This document shows positions 8,616 to 17,646 of a stretch of DNA of 64,000 nucleotides, piece after piece (position 1 is the stretch's first letter; every line of letters starts with the position of its first letter). The position numbers and the translations under genes were made by a program. Location: contig CAJJCZ010000004.1 in the NCBI GenBank assembly GCA_905182795.1, forward strand, positions 4,506 to 68,505, read 5' to 3'. The stretch comes from an uncultured bacterium (GTDB taxonomy: Bacteria > Fidelibacterota > Marinisomatia > Marinisomatales > Marinisomataceae). Under the pieces are notes generated by a model. That model was not told where the DNA came from and did no database searches. It saw only the letters and a program-made list of their open reading frames with translations.

Positions 8616-9506
8616 TTATACCAAAAGCTTAATTGTCTTTGGGAGTATTTGTGCAGATACTTTTCTGCTTTTTATTATTTCTCCATCCACATTGAAGTAT
8701 GAGTCCTTTAACGCATCAATAGAAAATGATTTTATCTGACTCATATGGACATATGGTAAGTCGGCATGTTCGCCGGTATAAACTTTCTTAAATATTGAAA
8801 TTAGTTGCAACCTACTCACATCATCTTTTACAATTACCATATCCATCACTTCATCATAAAAACCTCCCGAAGGAGCTATTTTCATGCCTTTCCCTGTATG
8901 AACACTGTTGCATCCAACTATGAAAGCACATGAAATATCAGACGCTTTACCGTCAATAGAAATTTTTGCCTTATAAAGTGTCTTTTCTAATAACTTTATC
9001 ACAGAGGCTATATCATATCGGATTGTACCTAAAAATCTTAATTTATCCGCTAGCACATTACCAAATGAAAACATTCCCCATCCTATAACGCTAACGCTCA
9101 ACCTTACTTCGTTATCAAAAATAGCCTTATTTACATCCATCAATCGAATATTATCAGATAAAGCTCTCTTTATAGCAATATTATAGTCTAGGTAGTCTAT
9201 ATCATGCACGATAGAATTTCCTGATCCAGTAGGAATAATACCAATAGGAAAAAATGAACATAAGTCTGATTGATACAATCCATTCACTACTTCATTAACT
9301 GTGCCGTCTCCACCGAATATTAAGATGCGATTAAATTGATCTGACTTTAATTCTGATACGATTTTTTTTGCATGACCAGCATATTCAGTTTCTAATAATT
9401 GGGGTGTAAATCCATGACTTTCAATAACACCTTTTACTTCATAATATACTTTAAGTGATTTCTTTAAACCACTTACAGGGTTAATGATACATAGAACATT
9501 TTTCAT
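8616..9506 (-). CDS. diacylglycerol-kinase-family lipid kinase (YegS/BmrU type)
   Basis: DAGK catalytic motifs ILIFGGDGTVNEVVNG and IPTGSGNS; 296 aa. Confidence 0.8.
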   Translation of the reverse strand: MKNVLCIINPVSGLKKSLKVYYEVKGVIESHGFTPQLLETEYAGHAKKIVSELKSDQFNRILIFGGDGTVNEVVNGLYQSDLCSFFPIGIIPTGSGNSIVHDIDYLDYNIAIKRALSDNIRLMDVNKAIFDNEVRLSVSVIGWGMFSFGNVLADKLRFLGTIRYDIASVIKLLEKTLYKAKISIDGKASDISCAFIVGCNSVHTGKGMKIAPSGGFYDEVMDMVIVKDDVSRLQLISIFKKVYTGEHADLPYVHMSQIKSFSIDALKDSYFNVDGEIIKSRKVSAQILPKTIKLLV

Positions 9507-9949
9507 TTATGATATTTATTATCACCAAGTCTTATAACTTCAATTCTGACTTTTGTAGTTCCTTGATTTACAAAACCTAATTTTTGCGCTGCTTTATATG
9601 AAAGATCAATAATCCTACCTTTAACAAAAGGTCCTCTATCATTAATCTTCATAGTTAACGATTTCCCATTTTTTAAATTAATTACTCTAACCTTAGTTCC
9701 TAGCGGTAATGTTTTATGTGCAGCACTTATTTTATACATGTTAAAGATTTCACCATTTGCTGTACGTTTTTTATGAAATTTACTCCCGTAATATGATGCA
9801 ATACCTACCTGTACTCGAGGGTGATTTTTTATAGCCTCAATTTGCTTGCGACTCATACCATTAGAATTCACATAGTCACCATAAGCAATACTTGGACCAC
9901 AACTAACGACAAAACACATAATTAAAATAAATATTGTATTAATTTTCAT
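9503..9949 (-). CDS. rlpA: septal ring lytic transglycosylase RlpA-family lipoprotein
   Basis: Lipobox FVVSCG. DPBB domain IASYYGSKFHKKRTANGEIF...AAHKTLPLGTKVRVINLKNGKSLTMKINDRGPF. Confidence 0.85.
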   Translation of the reverse strand: MKINTIFILIMCFVVSCGPSIAYGDYVNSNGMSRKQIEAIKNHPRVQVGIASYYGSKFHKKRTANGEIFNMYKISAAHKTLPLGTKVRVINLKNGKSLTMKINDRGPFVKGRIIDLSYKAAQKLGFVNQGTTKVRIEVIRLGDNKYHK

Positions 9950-11003
9950 TCGACAACTTACTATTAATTTGAGGAACTTGAAATGGATCTATCACTAACT
10001 GACTAGCCATTCCCACCAATGTGGCGCCTTTACCTAATACTGATATCACATCTTCATAAGTTGAGATACCTCCTGTTGCAATAATGGGGATATCAAAATT
10101 AGATGCTACTAACTCAACATTTCTTGATGTCATATCAAATAGCCCTACTCCGCTTAGTCCACCACCATCTTTAGAGAAGGTTTTTTTATCTAATCCTACA
10201 GATTCTGCTGTAATATATTTTGTATTACCTAGATTGATAGCACATCTATCCACACTAACCAGAGTCTCACAAACCTTAAACATATTTTCTTGCGTACTGT
10301 CAGGAGAAACTTTTACAACAATGACATTCAAACAAGATTTTCTCATCTTATCTAACAGCATTCTAAGTCCTTCCATATCATCGCTTAAACATTTTCCATC
10401 TTCTGTATTTGGACAGCTAATATTTAATTCGTAAAAAAACTGATTAAAAGAAGAGTCTTGTACCCTAGAATTAATCATATTAAATACTTCTAAATACTCT
10501 TCTATGCTATTTCCGCCGATACTAATACCTATAGGTCTATTAAATGATAGAAGTTTTCTATTTTCAAAATTATCAATAAAATATTTGACTCCTTTTGTTG
10601 GAAGTCCAAGTGAATTAATTAAACCATACCTCCTATCATACTTAATTTCTTGTATTCTAGGCCTTTGATTGCCCTCTGACGGCCTTTTTAGAACTGTTTT
10701 ATATGTCATTCCACCTAAACCTACTAATTGCCACTGAATCAAGGAACTGATGTCGTCCTTAAAAGATGCAGCTATTAATGGCGAAGGAAAAGATAAATCA
10801 TATAATTTGGTGTCTATACTACTCGGAATTCTAAACTTAAAAAAATATCGCAATGGAGAAATCATCAATAGATGATTTACTGTATCGCCTATTATAATTG
10901 CTCTTTCTAAATCTTTTGGCCAACGAGCAAAAATACCAATCACTACCCTACGAATAGATTTAAAACTTAGCGATAATAATTTTGCTCTTAACCTATTCAA
11001 CAC
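9939..11003 (-). CDS. pyrD: dihydroorotate dehydrogenase-like flavoenzyme (catalytic Cys, N-terminal extension)
   Basis: Motifs LSFPSPLIAASF, GLINSLGLPTKG, ISIGG, ELNISCPNT, VVKVSPD, GGLSG, IIATGGI. The Cys in NISCPN is the class-1-type base. About 60 extra N-terminal residues. Confidence 0.6.
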   Translation of the reverse strand: MLNRLRAKLLSLSFKSIRRVVIGIFARWPKDLERAIIIGDTVNHLLMISPLRYFFKFRIPSSIDTKLYDLSFPSPLIAASFKDDISSLIQWQLVGLGGMTYKTVLKRPSEGNQRPRIQEIKYDRRYGLINSLGLPTKGVKYFIDNFENRKLLSFNRPIGISIGGNSIEEYLEVFNMINSRVQDSSFNQFFYELNISCPNTEDGKCLSDDMEGLRMLLDKMRKSCLNVIVVKVSPDSTQENMFKVCETLVSVDRCAINLGNTKYITAESVGLDKKTFSKDGGGLSGVGLFDMTSRNVELVASNFDIPIIATGGISTYEDVISVLGKGATLVGMASQLVIDPFQVPQINSKLSNEN

Positions 11004-12618
11004 TCAGACTCTCTAATCTTTTTTGGGCCAATTCGCCTTGCTTAGAACTTGGATGTTTATTTACCAACCACTCATAGTAAACAATCGCACTATCTGGATT
11101 TGATAATTCATAATCATAATAATATCCTAAGAAATATGCTGCTATATTAGACGACTCAGTAGAGGAATCTATGTTTAAAATATTTCTATATATTTCAAGG
11201 GATTTATCAGAATTTTTAGACCATAAACTTTCTGCTTCTAGTAACATATCTGACGGCTTATGAGAACTACCTAAGTTCTCATCCTTGATAATAAACTTTG
11301 TAAAATCTGAATCAGGATATGTGCTTAAAATTGAATCTTTATATTGGGTTGCACGACTATCATCTTTCATATGATATATGGAATAAAGTGCAAAGGTTGC
11401 TGATGGAAATACAGAAGAGTCTTGAAAGTTATCTACAATTTCTTGAAAATATTCGATAGAGTCATTGAAATTTCCCAAATCAAAGGCTAACGTCTCGCCT
11501 AATCCATATAAAATATCTGATTTATCTTTACTGCTCTCATCTTTTAGTAATTTATCTAGATCAATCAATTTAGCAACGGCATTACGTTTATTTGAAATTA
11601 GTACCTTATGACTAGAATTTGCATTTTGCTTCATTGCTTCGTTCATAAAGAAACTAGATTTTTCAAAATCTAAATTTGGACTTTCCAGATATAGAGTGGA
11701 AAGAATATAGTAGGCCTCAATTGCAATTTTTGTATTAACATAGTCTTGTGCAATTCTATCTAAACCTTCGATAGAAAAATCTATACGTCCCTGGTTCAAT
11801 TCAATCTTCATTAACTCCAACCTTAAATCGGCTTTTATTGATGAAAAATCATCATCCAATAATAATCTCTCAATCCTACTTTTAGATTGCTCAATCTGCC
11901 CTAGTAAGCGATGTGTCTGAATAATCTTTAAATTAGATTCACGAATTCTATTTATTGAAATGCTATTATTAAGAACTTTCTGATAGCTATCTAATGCTTG
12001 CTCATACATTTGTTTATTGTAAGATAGTTCTGCGATTTGAAAATAAATCTGCTCCCTAGTCAAGCGATCATTACTATTTTCTGCCCCTAGATTTAGAAAA
12101 TAAAATGCATTATCAGAGTCTTCATTATCAAGATAAATTTCTCCCAAAACTAAATAAATACGAGACTTTAGGTCAACAGAATCAGTATTAGAGAGCAAAT
12201 TCTTTAAATCATTAATTGCTGGCTGAGGTTTTAAATCCTTCCACTTACATAATGCTAACCAATACTTTGTCTCATCGATGAAGAATGATTCTTCAGAATC
12301 TTGTAATGCAATAAATGCTTCTTTCGCGCTATCATACTCTCTTCGGAAAAAATGAGACTTTCCTTTTAGTAGCATAGCATCTTCCACGTAATCACTATCG
12401 CTATAATCAGTTAATACCTTATCTGACTTTTCAATAGCCTTGCCATATTCTTGGATTGCTCTTGCTGGCAAAGAGTCTCCAAAGTTCTGTATTCTTACTT
12501 TTTCAGCAATATTATAATGCTCTTCTGCGTTATAAAAAGTATTAAAATATGCGCAAGACTGTAAAAATACTAAAAGACATGAGTATTTTATAATTTTTGA
12601 ATTAAATTCAGGTATCAT
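10993..12618 (-). CDS. TPR-repeat lipoprotein
   Basis: Lipobox VFLQSC, followed by repeated Y/A-rich helical TPR-like units throughout 541 aa. Confidence 0.6.
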   Translation of the reverse strand: MIPEFNSKIIKYSCLLVFLQSCAYFNTFYNAEEHYNIAEKVRIQNFGDSLPARAIQEYGKAIEKSDKVLTDYSDSDYVEDAMLLKGKSHFFRREYDSAKEAFIALQDSEESFFIDETKYWLALCKWKDLKPQPAINDLKNLLSNTDSVDLKSRIYLVLGEIYLDNEDSDNAFYFLNLGAENSNDRLTREQIYFQIAELSYNKQMYEQALDSYQKVLNNSISINRIRESNLKIIQTHRLLGQIEQSKSRIERLLLDDDFSSIKADLRLELMKIELNQGRIDFSIEGLDRIAQDYVNTKIAIEAYYILSTLYLESPNLDFEKSSFFMNEAMKQNANSSHKVLISNKRNAVAKLIDLDKLLKDESSKDKSDILYGLGETLAFDLGNFNDSIEYFQEIVDNFQDSSVFPSATFALYSIYHMKDDSRATQYKDSILSTYPDSDFTKFIIKDENLGSSHKPSDMLLEAESLWSKNSDKSLEIYRNILNIDSSTESSNIAAYFLGYYYDYELSNPDSAIVYYEWLVNKHPSSKQGELAQKRLESLSVE

Positions 12619-12632
12619 AACACAAATTTACA

Positions 12633-12926
12633 ATGAAGCTTGAAGAATTACAGAACATAATTTCTAAAAAAATATCTGACGTTATCAGCGTTGAGTCAAT
12701 TCATATCTATGATTATACTGCTCAGCATGAAAATCATGCTACTTTTGATGGAAATTTCCACCTAAGTATGACATTAGTTAGTCCGGACTTTGAAGGAATG
12801 AGCTTAATTGAAAGACATCAATTAGTCTACAAAGCTGTTGATGAGTATATGCATGGCGAAATTCACGCACTTACTATGAAAACTCATACTCCCGACGAAT
12901 ATAAAAAGACACTAGATAATTCTTAG
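12633..12926 (+). CDS. BolA-family protein
   Basis: 97 aa with the pattern HLSMTLVSPDFEGMSLIERHQLVYKAV...IHALTMKTHTPDE, typical of BolA/IbaG. Confidence 0.8.
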   Translation: MKLEELQNIISKKISDVISVESIHIYDYTAQHENHATFDGNFHLSMTLVSPDFEGMSLIERHQLVYKAVDEYMHGEIHALTMKTHTPDEYKKTLDNS

Positions 12927-13813
12927 TGAAAATCGGCTATCCATGTATGAATTACACGATTGAGTGTAAAGTAAAGACATTTAAACTTGCATCATACTCA
13001 GAAGAACGTGTCATTGATACCGTACAAACCAATCTAAATAATCTAGAAAAAATTCTACATTTTAATAAAGAAAATGATTTGGGATTTTTAAGAATTTCTT
13101 CTGACCTAGTCCCTTTTGCTTCTCATCCCATCATGACATTTAATTGGCAAAATCATTTTAGAGATCAATTTCATGACTTAGGTAAGATTATAAAATCAAA
13201 TGAATTTAGGATAGCCTTTCATCCTGGACAATTTGTTTTAATCAATTCTCCAAAAGAAGAGTTGTTTATGAAGAGCTCTCAAGAATTAACTTATCACGTT
13301 GATATGATTAAACTTTTTGGGCTTGATTCTCATACAAAAATTCAAATTCATGTAGGCGGCGTATATGGCGATAAAGAAACTGCAATTAGTCGATTTATTG
13401 ATCGATATCATAGGCTAAGTAGTGACATCAAAAGACATCTTGTTATAGAAAATGATGAGAAATCATTTGATTTACAAGATTGTTTAAAAATTCATAAAGG
13501 AACTGACGTTCCTATCATTTTCGACAACCTACATCACGACATAAAAAATAATGATGAAGCTTTACTAGATGCGTTGAATCTTTCTAGCAAAACATGGAAA
13601 GCTAAAGACGGTATTCCTATGGTAGATTATTCTACACAACAAGAAAACGCTATAGTTGGAAAACATTGCGATACAATTAACGAGAATCATTTCTCTGGTT
13701 ATATTAAAACAATTAAAGATAAATTTGATTTAGATATTATGCTTGAGATTAAAGATAAAGAATTAAGTGCGCTCAAAGCACAAAAAATCTTTACTCAGCG
13801 TAATTTGGTATAG
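12926..13813 (+). CDS. uvsE: UV damage endonuclease
   Basis: GTG start sharing 1 nt with the bolA-like stop. Motifs IGYPCMN, LRISSDLVPFASHP, IAFHPGQF, IQIHVGG, VIENDE. Confidence 0.8.
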   Translation: MKIGYPCMNYTIECKVKTFKLASYSEERVIDTVQTNLNNLEKILHFNKENDLGFLRISSDLVPFASHPIMTFNWQNHFRDQFHDLGKIIKSNEFRIAFHPGQFVLINSPKEELFMKSSQELTYHVDMIKLFGLDSHTKIQIHVGGVYGDKETAISRFIDRYHRLSSDIKRHLVIENDEKSFDLQDCLKIHKGTDVPIIFDNLHHDIKNNDEALLDALNLSSKTWKAKDGIPMVDYSTQQENAIVGKHCDTINENHFSGYIKTIKDKFDLDIMLEIKDKELSALKAQKIFTQRNLV

Positions 13814-13839
13814 GAAGAATTCCTAAAATAATAATAAAT

Positions 13840-14046
13840 TTATTTTGATAGTGTCCTGTAAATATGAACACAAATGATAGTTACATTTACAAATAGTAAG
13901 CTCATACTTCCTTGTACAATTGCGTAAAACGCCCATGCCAAACAACCCAGCCCATTTATAGCTCTCATTTTCCAGCCATCCCAAAAAAAAGAAAGAATGA
14001 CAAGAGTGGAGCCTATCCAGCCAATTAATTCAATATTTTCAAACAT
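13840..14046 (-). CDS. small 3-TM membrane protein, unknown family
   Basis: 68 aa with three hydrophobic segments (LIGWIGSTLVILSFF, GLGCLAWAFYAIV, LLFVNVTIICVHIY). Its start shares 1 nt with the upstream stop. Confidence 0.45.
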   Translation of the reverse strand: MFENIELIGWIGSTLVILSFFWDGWKMRAINGLGCLAWAFYAIVQGSMSLLFVNVTIICVHIYRTLSK

Positions 14047-14636
14047 TACTTATATTCTCCGGCACTATAATTCGGTGTAGGAGCAATTCCTAGAGTGATT
14101 TCAAATAAATCGCTTTCAAGTGTCGCCGTTTGAGAAGATGGTGATTCAACAATACGTCCTATTTCTTGATTATCTTTACTAACAATCAAAGTTGGAACAT
14201 ATCGAATATCTTTACCTTCTTGCTCTCCATTCGGACTAACTTTATCACGATCTACGGTGATGATTGACACCATAGCTATATCTACACCCATCTCACTTAA
14301 TATCTTCTCCATTCTTGGTACTTCTCTTCTACTATCTCCACACCAAGTTCCGAGAAAAACTTCATAAGAGTATTGACTAGGATTATCGATAGCACTGGTT
14401 AATTCAGTGTCGACTTCATAGCCTTCAGATTCTATTTGATACCATTCGCCAAAAGGATCTTGTTGCAATTCTTCTATTGCAATTGGACCTAAGAGCATTG
14501 GTTTTCCTGTATTAGGATCTTCAAACATCCCCTCCGGGATGTTTGAAGAAAATAAAGATATATAGACTACTCCAATTGCAGCAGCCATTCCTAATATTTG
14601 TAAGGCTTTATTTGTATTGTTTTTCATCAATGTCAT
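14046..14636 (-). CDS. membrane-anchored thioredoxin-fold protein with monothiol WCGDS motif
   Basis: N-terminal TM LQILGMAAAIGVVYISLF. Thioredoxin-like core FLGTWCGDSRREVP...YVPTLIV. Confidence 0.65.
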   Translation of the reverse strand: MTLMKNNTNKALQILGMAAAIGVVYISLFSSNIPEGMFEDPNTGKPMLLGPIAIEELQQDPFGEWYQIESEGYEVDTELTSAIDNPSQYSYEVFLGTWCGDSRREVPRMEKILSEMGVDIAMVSIITVDRDKVSPNGEQEGKDIRYVPTLIVSKDNQEIGRIVESPSSQTATLESDLFEITLGIAPTPNYSAGEYK

Positions 14637-15522
14637 TGTAGTACTTAAATATTAAATAAGTACCTAGTATAGTGCAACATAAAGAAATCACTGAACCCTC
14701 AATACCGAAAGCTCCTCCAGAAATAACATCTGGTACATTTCCTGTATTTTCATGAGCAATCATTTTCCATGAGTCGACACCCATTCCACTGATTTCAAAA
14801 CCAAATAATCCTTGGAAAAAATTCCATCCAAAGTGGAAAAATGTTGGTAGCCATAAGTTTTTAGTAAATGTGTAGCTAATTCCGAGAATAAATCCTGCTG
14901 CAAAGAGTTCTGTCATTGGAACCCATGTACTCCAAACGCTTGGGTTTGAAGAATGCACTAATGCAAAGAAGACTGAAGAACCAGCTAATGCAATCCATCT
15001 ATTGTCTGTTTCATCCATCATGTTTTTTAAAAGATATCCTCTAAAAACAATCTCTTCATTAAATGCAGCAATAAATAACATCATGCTTACCATAAAGACT
15101 TCGGCTTTAAATCCAACTGATCCTGTTACCGTAATAGCGCCTAAAACCCATAAAATAAGGAATATTCCTCCGATAAACAGTAAAGCGCCTCCTAGGCCAG
15201 CTAACATCTCTTTACCGCGATTTTCAACGGATAATCCAATATCCATTAATGGCTCTCTATTGACAACTGCCATCATAAACCAAATTGCAGCAAAACTTGA
15301 TAAAATTCCAAGGGCTGTCATCAGTAGCATCATCGGTGATCCAAAGCTCATTCCTTGCATACTTGCTCCAAATGCTTCAATAGCAGCTGGATCTTCCATA
15401 TTTACTCCACTAGAAATCATTACTGCAACAAATCCAAGGCCTTGTACGATTGCCTGAGCAAAAAACCATACAGGCATAAAAATTATCGCTCTAAGCCATC
15501 CGTTTTTAATTCTTGGTTCCAT
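14608..15522 (-). CDS. CPBP-family intramembrane glutamic endopeptidase (CAAX protease-like)
   Basis: Polytopic. Motifs FNEEIVFRGYL, FALVHS, FFHFGWNF. Confidence 0.8.
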   Translation of the reverse strand: MEPRIKNGWLRAIIFMPVWFFAQAIVQGLGFVAVMISSGVNMEDPAAIEAFGASMQGMSFGSPMMLLMTALGILSSFAAIWFMMAVVNREPLMDIGLSVENRGKEMLAGLGGALLFIGGIFLILWVLGAITVTGSVGFKAEVFMVSMMLFIAAFNEEIVFRGYLLKNMMDETDNRWIALAGSSVFFALVHSSNPSVWSTWVPMTELFAAGFILGISYTFTKNLWLPTFFHFGWNFFQGLFGFEISGMGVDSWKMIAHENTGNVPDVISGGAFGIEGSVISLCCTILGTYLIFKYYNDIDEKQYK

Positions 15523-15611
15523 TTAATATTCCTTTCATTTTATTGATATAAATTTTCAAAATATAATCAAGTTGATATATTATATATACTAATATTTAAG
15601 ACGATTGTTAG

Positions 15612-15806
15612 TTAATTATCCATCAAGAAAATTGATTCTAAATCTTTCTTAAAGAATCGTACAATCTTAATAGTTAAAGGTAGTGATGGGTGAAATTTAC
15701 CCTTCTCAATAGCATTAATTGTTTGCCTACTAACATCAAGACGCTGTCCTAATTCTTGCTGACTTAGCTTTTTTTCTCGACGTAGAATTTTTAAATTATT
15801 CTTCAC
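15612..15806 (-). CDS. XRE-family helix-turn-helix transcriptional regulator (short, YozG-like)
   Basis: 64 aa; LSQQELGQRLDVSRQTINAIEKGKFHPSLPLTIKIVRFF. Confidence 0.8.
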   Translation of the reverse strand: MKNNLKILRREKKLSQQELGQRLDVSRQTINAIEKGKFHPSLPLTIKIVRFFKKDLESIFLMDN

Positions 15807-15822
15807 TTTAATATGTCCTATA

Positions 15823-16326
15823 TCAACTCAAGTGCTTCTTATAAAAAGAAACCTGCCCTGCTAAAGTTCCTATTCCAAAAAATAGAAAATTTAAAGGAAA
15901 GCAAACATCTTGATGTACAACTTCTGCAATCACTCCCGCAAGCGATAAAGAGTGAAATATAATTCCTAAAACTATAAAACAGTATGCTCCAGTAGTCACT
16001 GCAAAATCGTGGAATCTCTTAAACATTTCATCTTGTGCGCGATAAAATTTTATCCAAAAAAATACTCCTATCAGCAAACAAATAATACCTGCGATAGTCA
16101 TTTCAGTTGCAGGAATTGGATCCCCGTAGCTATTTGCTGTTGTTACAAACCCAGCTATTCCCCCTGCTATAAAGAAAAAAATGCTTGATAGGGTATAATT
16201 TTTTTTATCTCCTTTATCCAGAGAAGAAAAATCTAACCATAATCCGTTATGTGTAATTTTTGTCATAATTCTACCTTTATTTATAAGTTGTAATTGTAAA
16301 GCTTGCTTTACTTTTAAGCTAAACAA
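15823..16326 (-). CDS. 4-TM membrane protein paired with the HTH regulator
   Basis: Hydrophobic helices FFFIAGGIAGFV, IAGIICLLIGVFFWI, AYCFIVLGIIFHSL, FLFFGIGTLAG. The real start may be the internal MTKITH. Confidence 0.5.
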   Translation of the reverse strand: MFSLKVKQALQLQLINKGRIMTKITHNGLWLDFSSLDKGDKKNYTLSSIFFFIAGGIAGFVTTANSYGDPIPATEMTIAGIICLLIGVFFWIKFYRAQDEMFKRFHDFAVTTGAYCFIVLGIIFHSLSLAGVIAEVVHQDVCFPLNFLFFGIGTLAGQVSFYKKHLS

Positions 16327-16346
16327 TATTTTTTGGTTATGGTATT

Positions 16347-16377
16347 AAAAAATGAAGGCGCCTCAATCAGACGCCTT
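16347..16377 (-). terminator. rho-independent terminator after the Ig-like lipoprotein pair
   Basis: On the minus strand, the stem AAGGCG/CGCCTT (16355-16360 / 16372-16377) with an 11-nt loop is followed by the T-run complementary to the A-run at 16347-16352. Confidence 0.55.
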
Positions 16378-16394
16378 TGCATTTAGAGGTAGTA

Positions 16395-17117
16395 TTACTC
16401 TGTCGTATATCGTACGCAATGCTTATCAGTAGAAATGGTTCCATACAAGTAATTAGTATCTCCTGCTTTCTTATATTTTATAGAACGCGTATTTGGATTA
16501 TAGTACAGTTCTACAAAATCATATTGGAAGTTATTATTACATGCCATACAGCTACATTCACTTAAACCTTCGCCATCAGCATATTCTACTTTACGCAGTT
16601 TGGTTAAACTGCCATAAACACCGCCCATTGATTTATGATGAGATATATTTTTTACAGCAATATATCCATTTGTAGCTCCATCATGGCCATCATCTATAGA
16701 CTGATTATATATGCTTACAATAATATCTTCTGTTGCGCCTGAATTTCCACTCATCATATAAGTATTATGATCATTAACAATTGCCTTGATGTGGTATTCA
16801 CCATTATCCTCAAGTTCCGTATTCCAAGTATAAGAATAGTTTGCATAAGGAGATGTTAAACTTCTCCAACTAGCAACATTATCATATTCACTAGATGATG
16901 GTCCTTTAACATAAATATCAACCTCTTGTACTTTTTGATCATCTTGAGCTATTATAGAAATTGTCTGGCTACCTTCAACTATTTCATTATGGTCTGGTGA
17001 CATGAATGATACGGTTGGTGGATTCATATCAGCAATTGGTGCTGATTGATTATTTTGCGTTGAACTCTCATCGCAAGAAACAAATAACATTGCAAAAACT
17101 AGAAAGATTCTATTCAC
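16395..17117 (-). CDS. secreted Ig-like-domain lipoprotein (paralog 2) with Cys-rich C-terminal domain
   Basis: The track ORF runs to 17180, but its first 21 codons overlap the upstream gene. The in-frame GTG at 17117 gives MNRIFLVFAMLFVSC (lipobox). Domain PPTVSFMSPDHNEIVEGSQTISIIAQDD...GEYHIKAIVNDH is paralogous to the upstream gene. Confidence 0.6.
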   Translation of the reverse strand: MNRIFLVFAMLFVSCDESSTQNNQSAPIADMNPPTVSFMSPDHNEIVEGSQTISIIAQDDQKVQEVDIYVKGPSSSEYDNVASWRSLTSPYANYSYTWNTELEDNGEYHIKAIVNDHNTYMMSGNSGATEDIIVSIYNQSIDDGHDGATNGYIAVKNISHHKSMGGVYGSLTKLRKVEYADGEGLSECSCMACNNNFQYDFVELYYNPNTRSIKYKKAGDTNYLYGTISTDKHCVRYTTE

Positions 17118-17616
17118 ATCTTCCTCCACAACCGCCACCTGACCATCCACCGCCAGAACCTCCTCCAGTTCCATCGTCAATATGTATGTAATTATATACC
17201 ATAACTCCTACCTCTTTGTTAGTACCAGTATTTCCAGATGTGTGATAACTATCATGATCATTAACAACCACTTTTATAATGTAGTTACCATCATTTTCTA
17301 GTGAGGTATCCCAATCGTAAGAGTAAGAAACTGACTTCGAATCTAAAGTATTATTCCAGCGTTCAATTTCATAAAATTCATCAGATGTTGGACTTGACAT
17401 ATGCAAGGAAACATCATGAATTTTGTTATTATCTTGAGCTGAAATTACAATTGATTGTAATCCACTTATAGTCTGACTATCCAAAGGAGACGATATTGAA
17501 ACCGTTGGTGGGATCATATCAATAATTGGTCCCGATGATTGACTATTTGAAGACATATTATCTTCGCATGAAATTGTAAGTAAAAGAAAAAAGGATAAAA
17601 TATATATATGTTTCAT
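17110..17616 (-). CDS. secreted Ig-like-domain lipoprotein (paralog 1) ending in a Gly/Cys-rich tail
   Basis: Lipobox FFLLLTISC. Domain PPTVSISSPLDSQTISGLQSIVISAQDN...GNYIIKVVVNDH. Tail DDGTGGGSGGGWSGGGCGGRCE. Confidence 0.6.
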   Translation of the reverse strand: MKHIYILSFFLLLTISCEDNMSSNSQSSGPIIDMIPPTVSISSPLDSQTISGLQSIVISAQDNNKIHDVSLHMSSPTSDEFYEIERWNNTLDSKSVSYSYDWDTSLENDGNYIIKVVVNDHDSYHTSGNTGTNKEVGVMVYNYIHIDDGTGGGSGGGWSGGGCGGRCE

Positions 17617-17646
17617 TTTTAACTCCTTATTATTATTTCTGAGAAC

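Noticed and set aside
15543-15579. TTGATATA direct repeat (15543-15550, 15572-15579) with an imperfect inverted copy TATAATCAA between them, upstream of the CPBP gene and downstream of the HTH gene
   Set aside because: The words are short, purely A/T-rich and imperfect. In this base composition I cannot distinguish them from chance or from ordinary -10-like promoter elements.
17006-17191. Proline-rich 61-aa plus-strand ORF (..PPQPPPDHPPPEPPPVP..)
   Set aside because: It is the reverse-complement reading of the Gly-rich tail (GGGSGGGWSGGG) of the lipoprotein gene at 17110-17616, so it is not independent coding.
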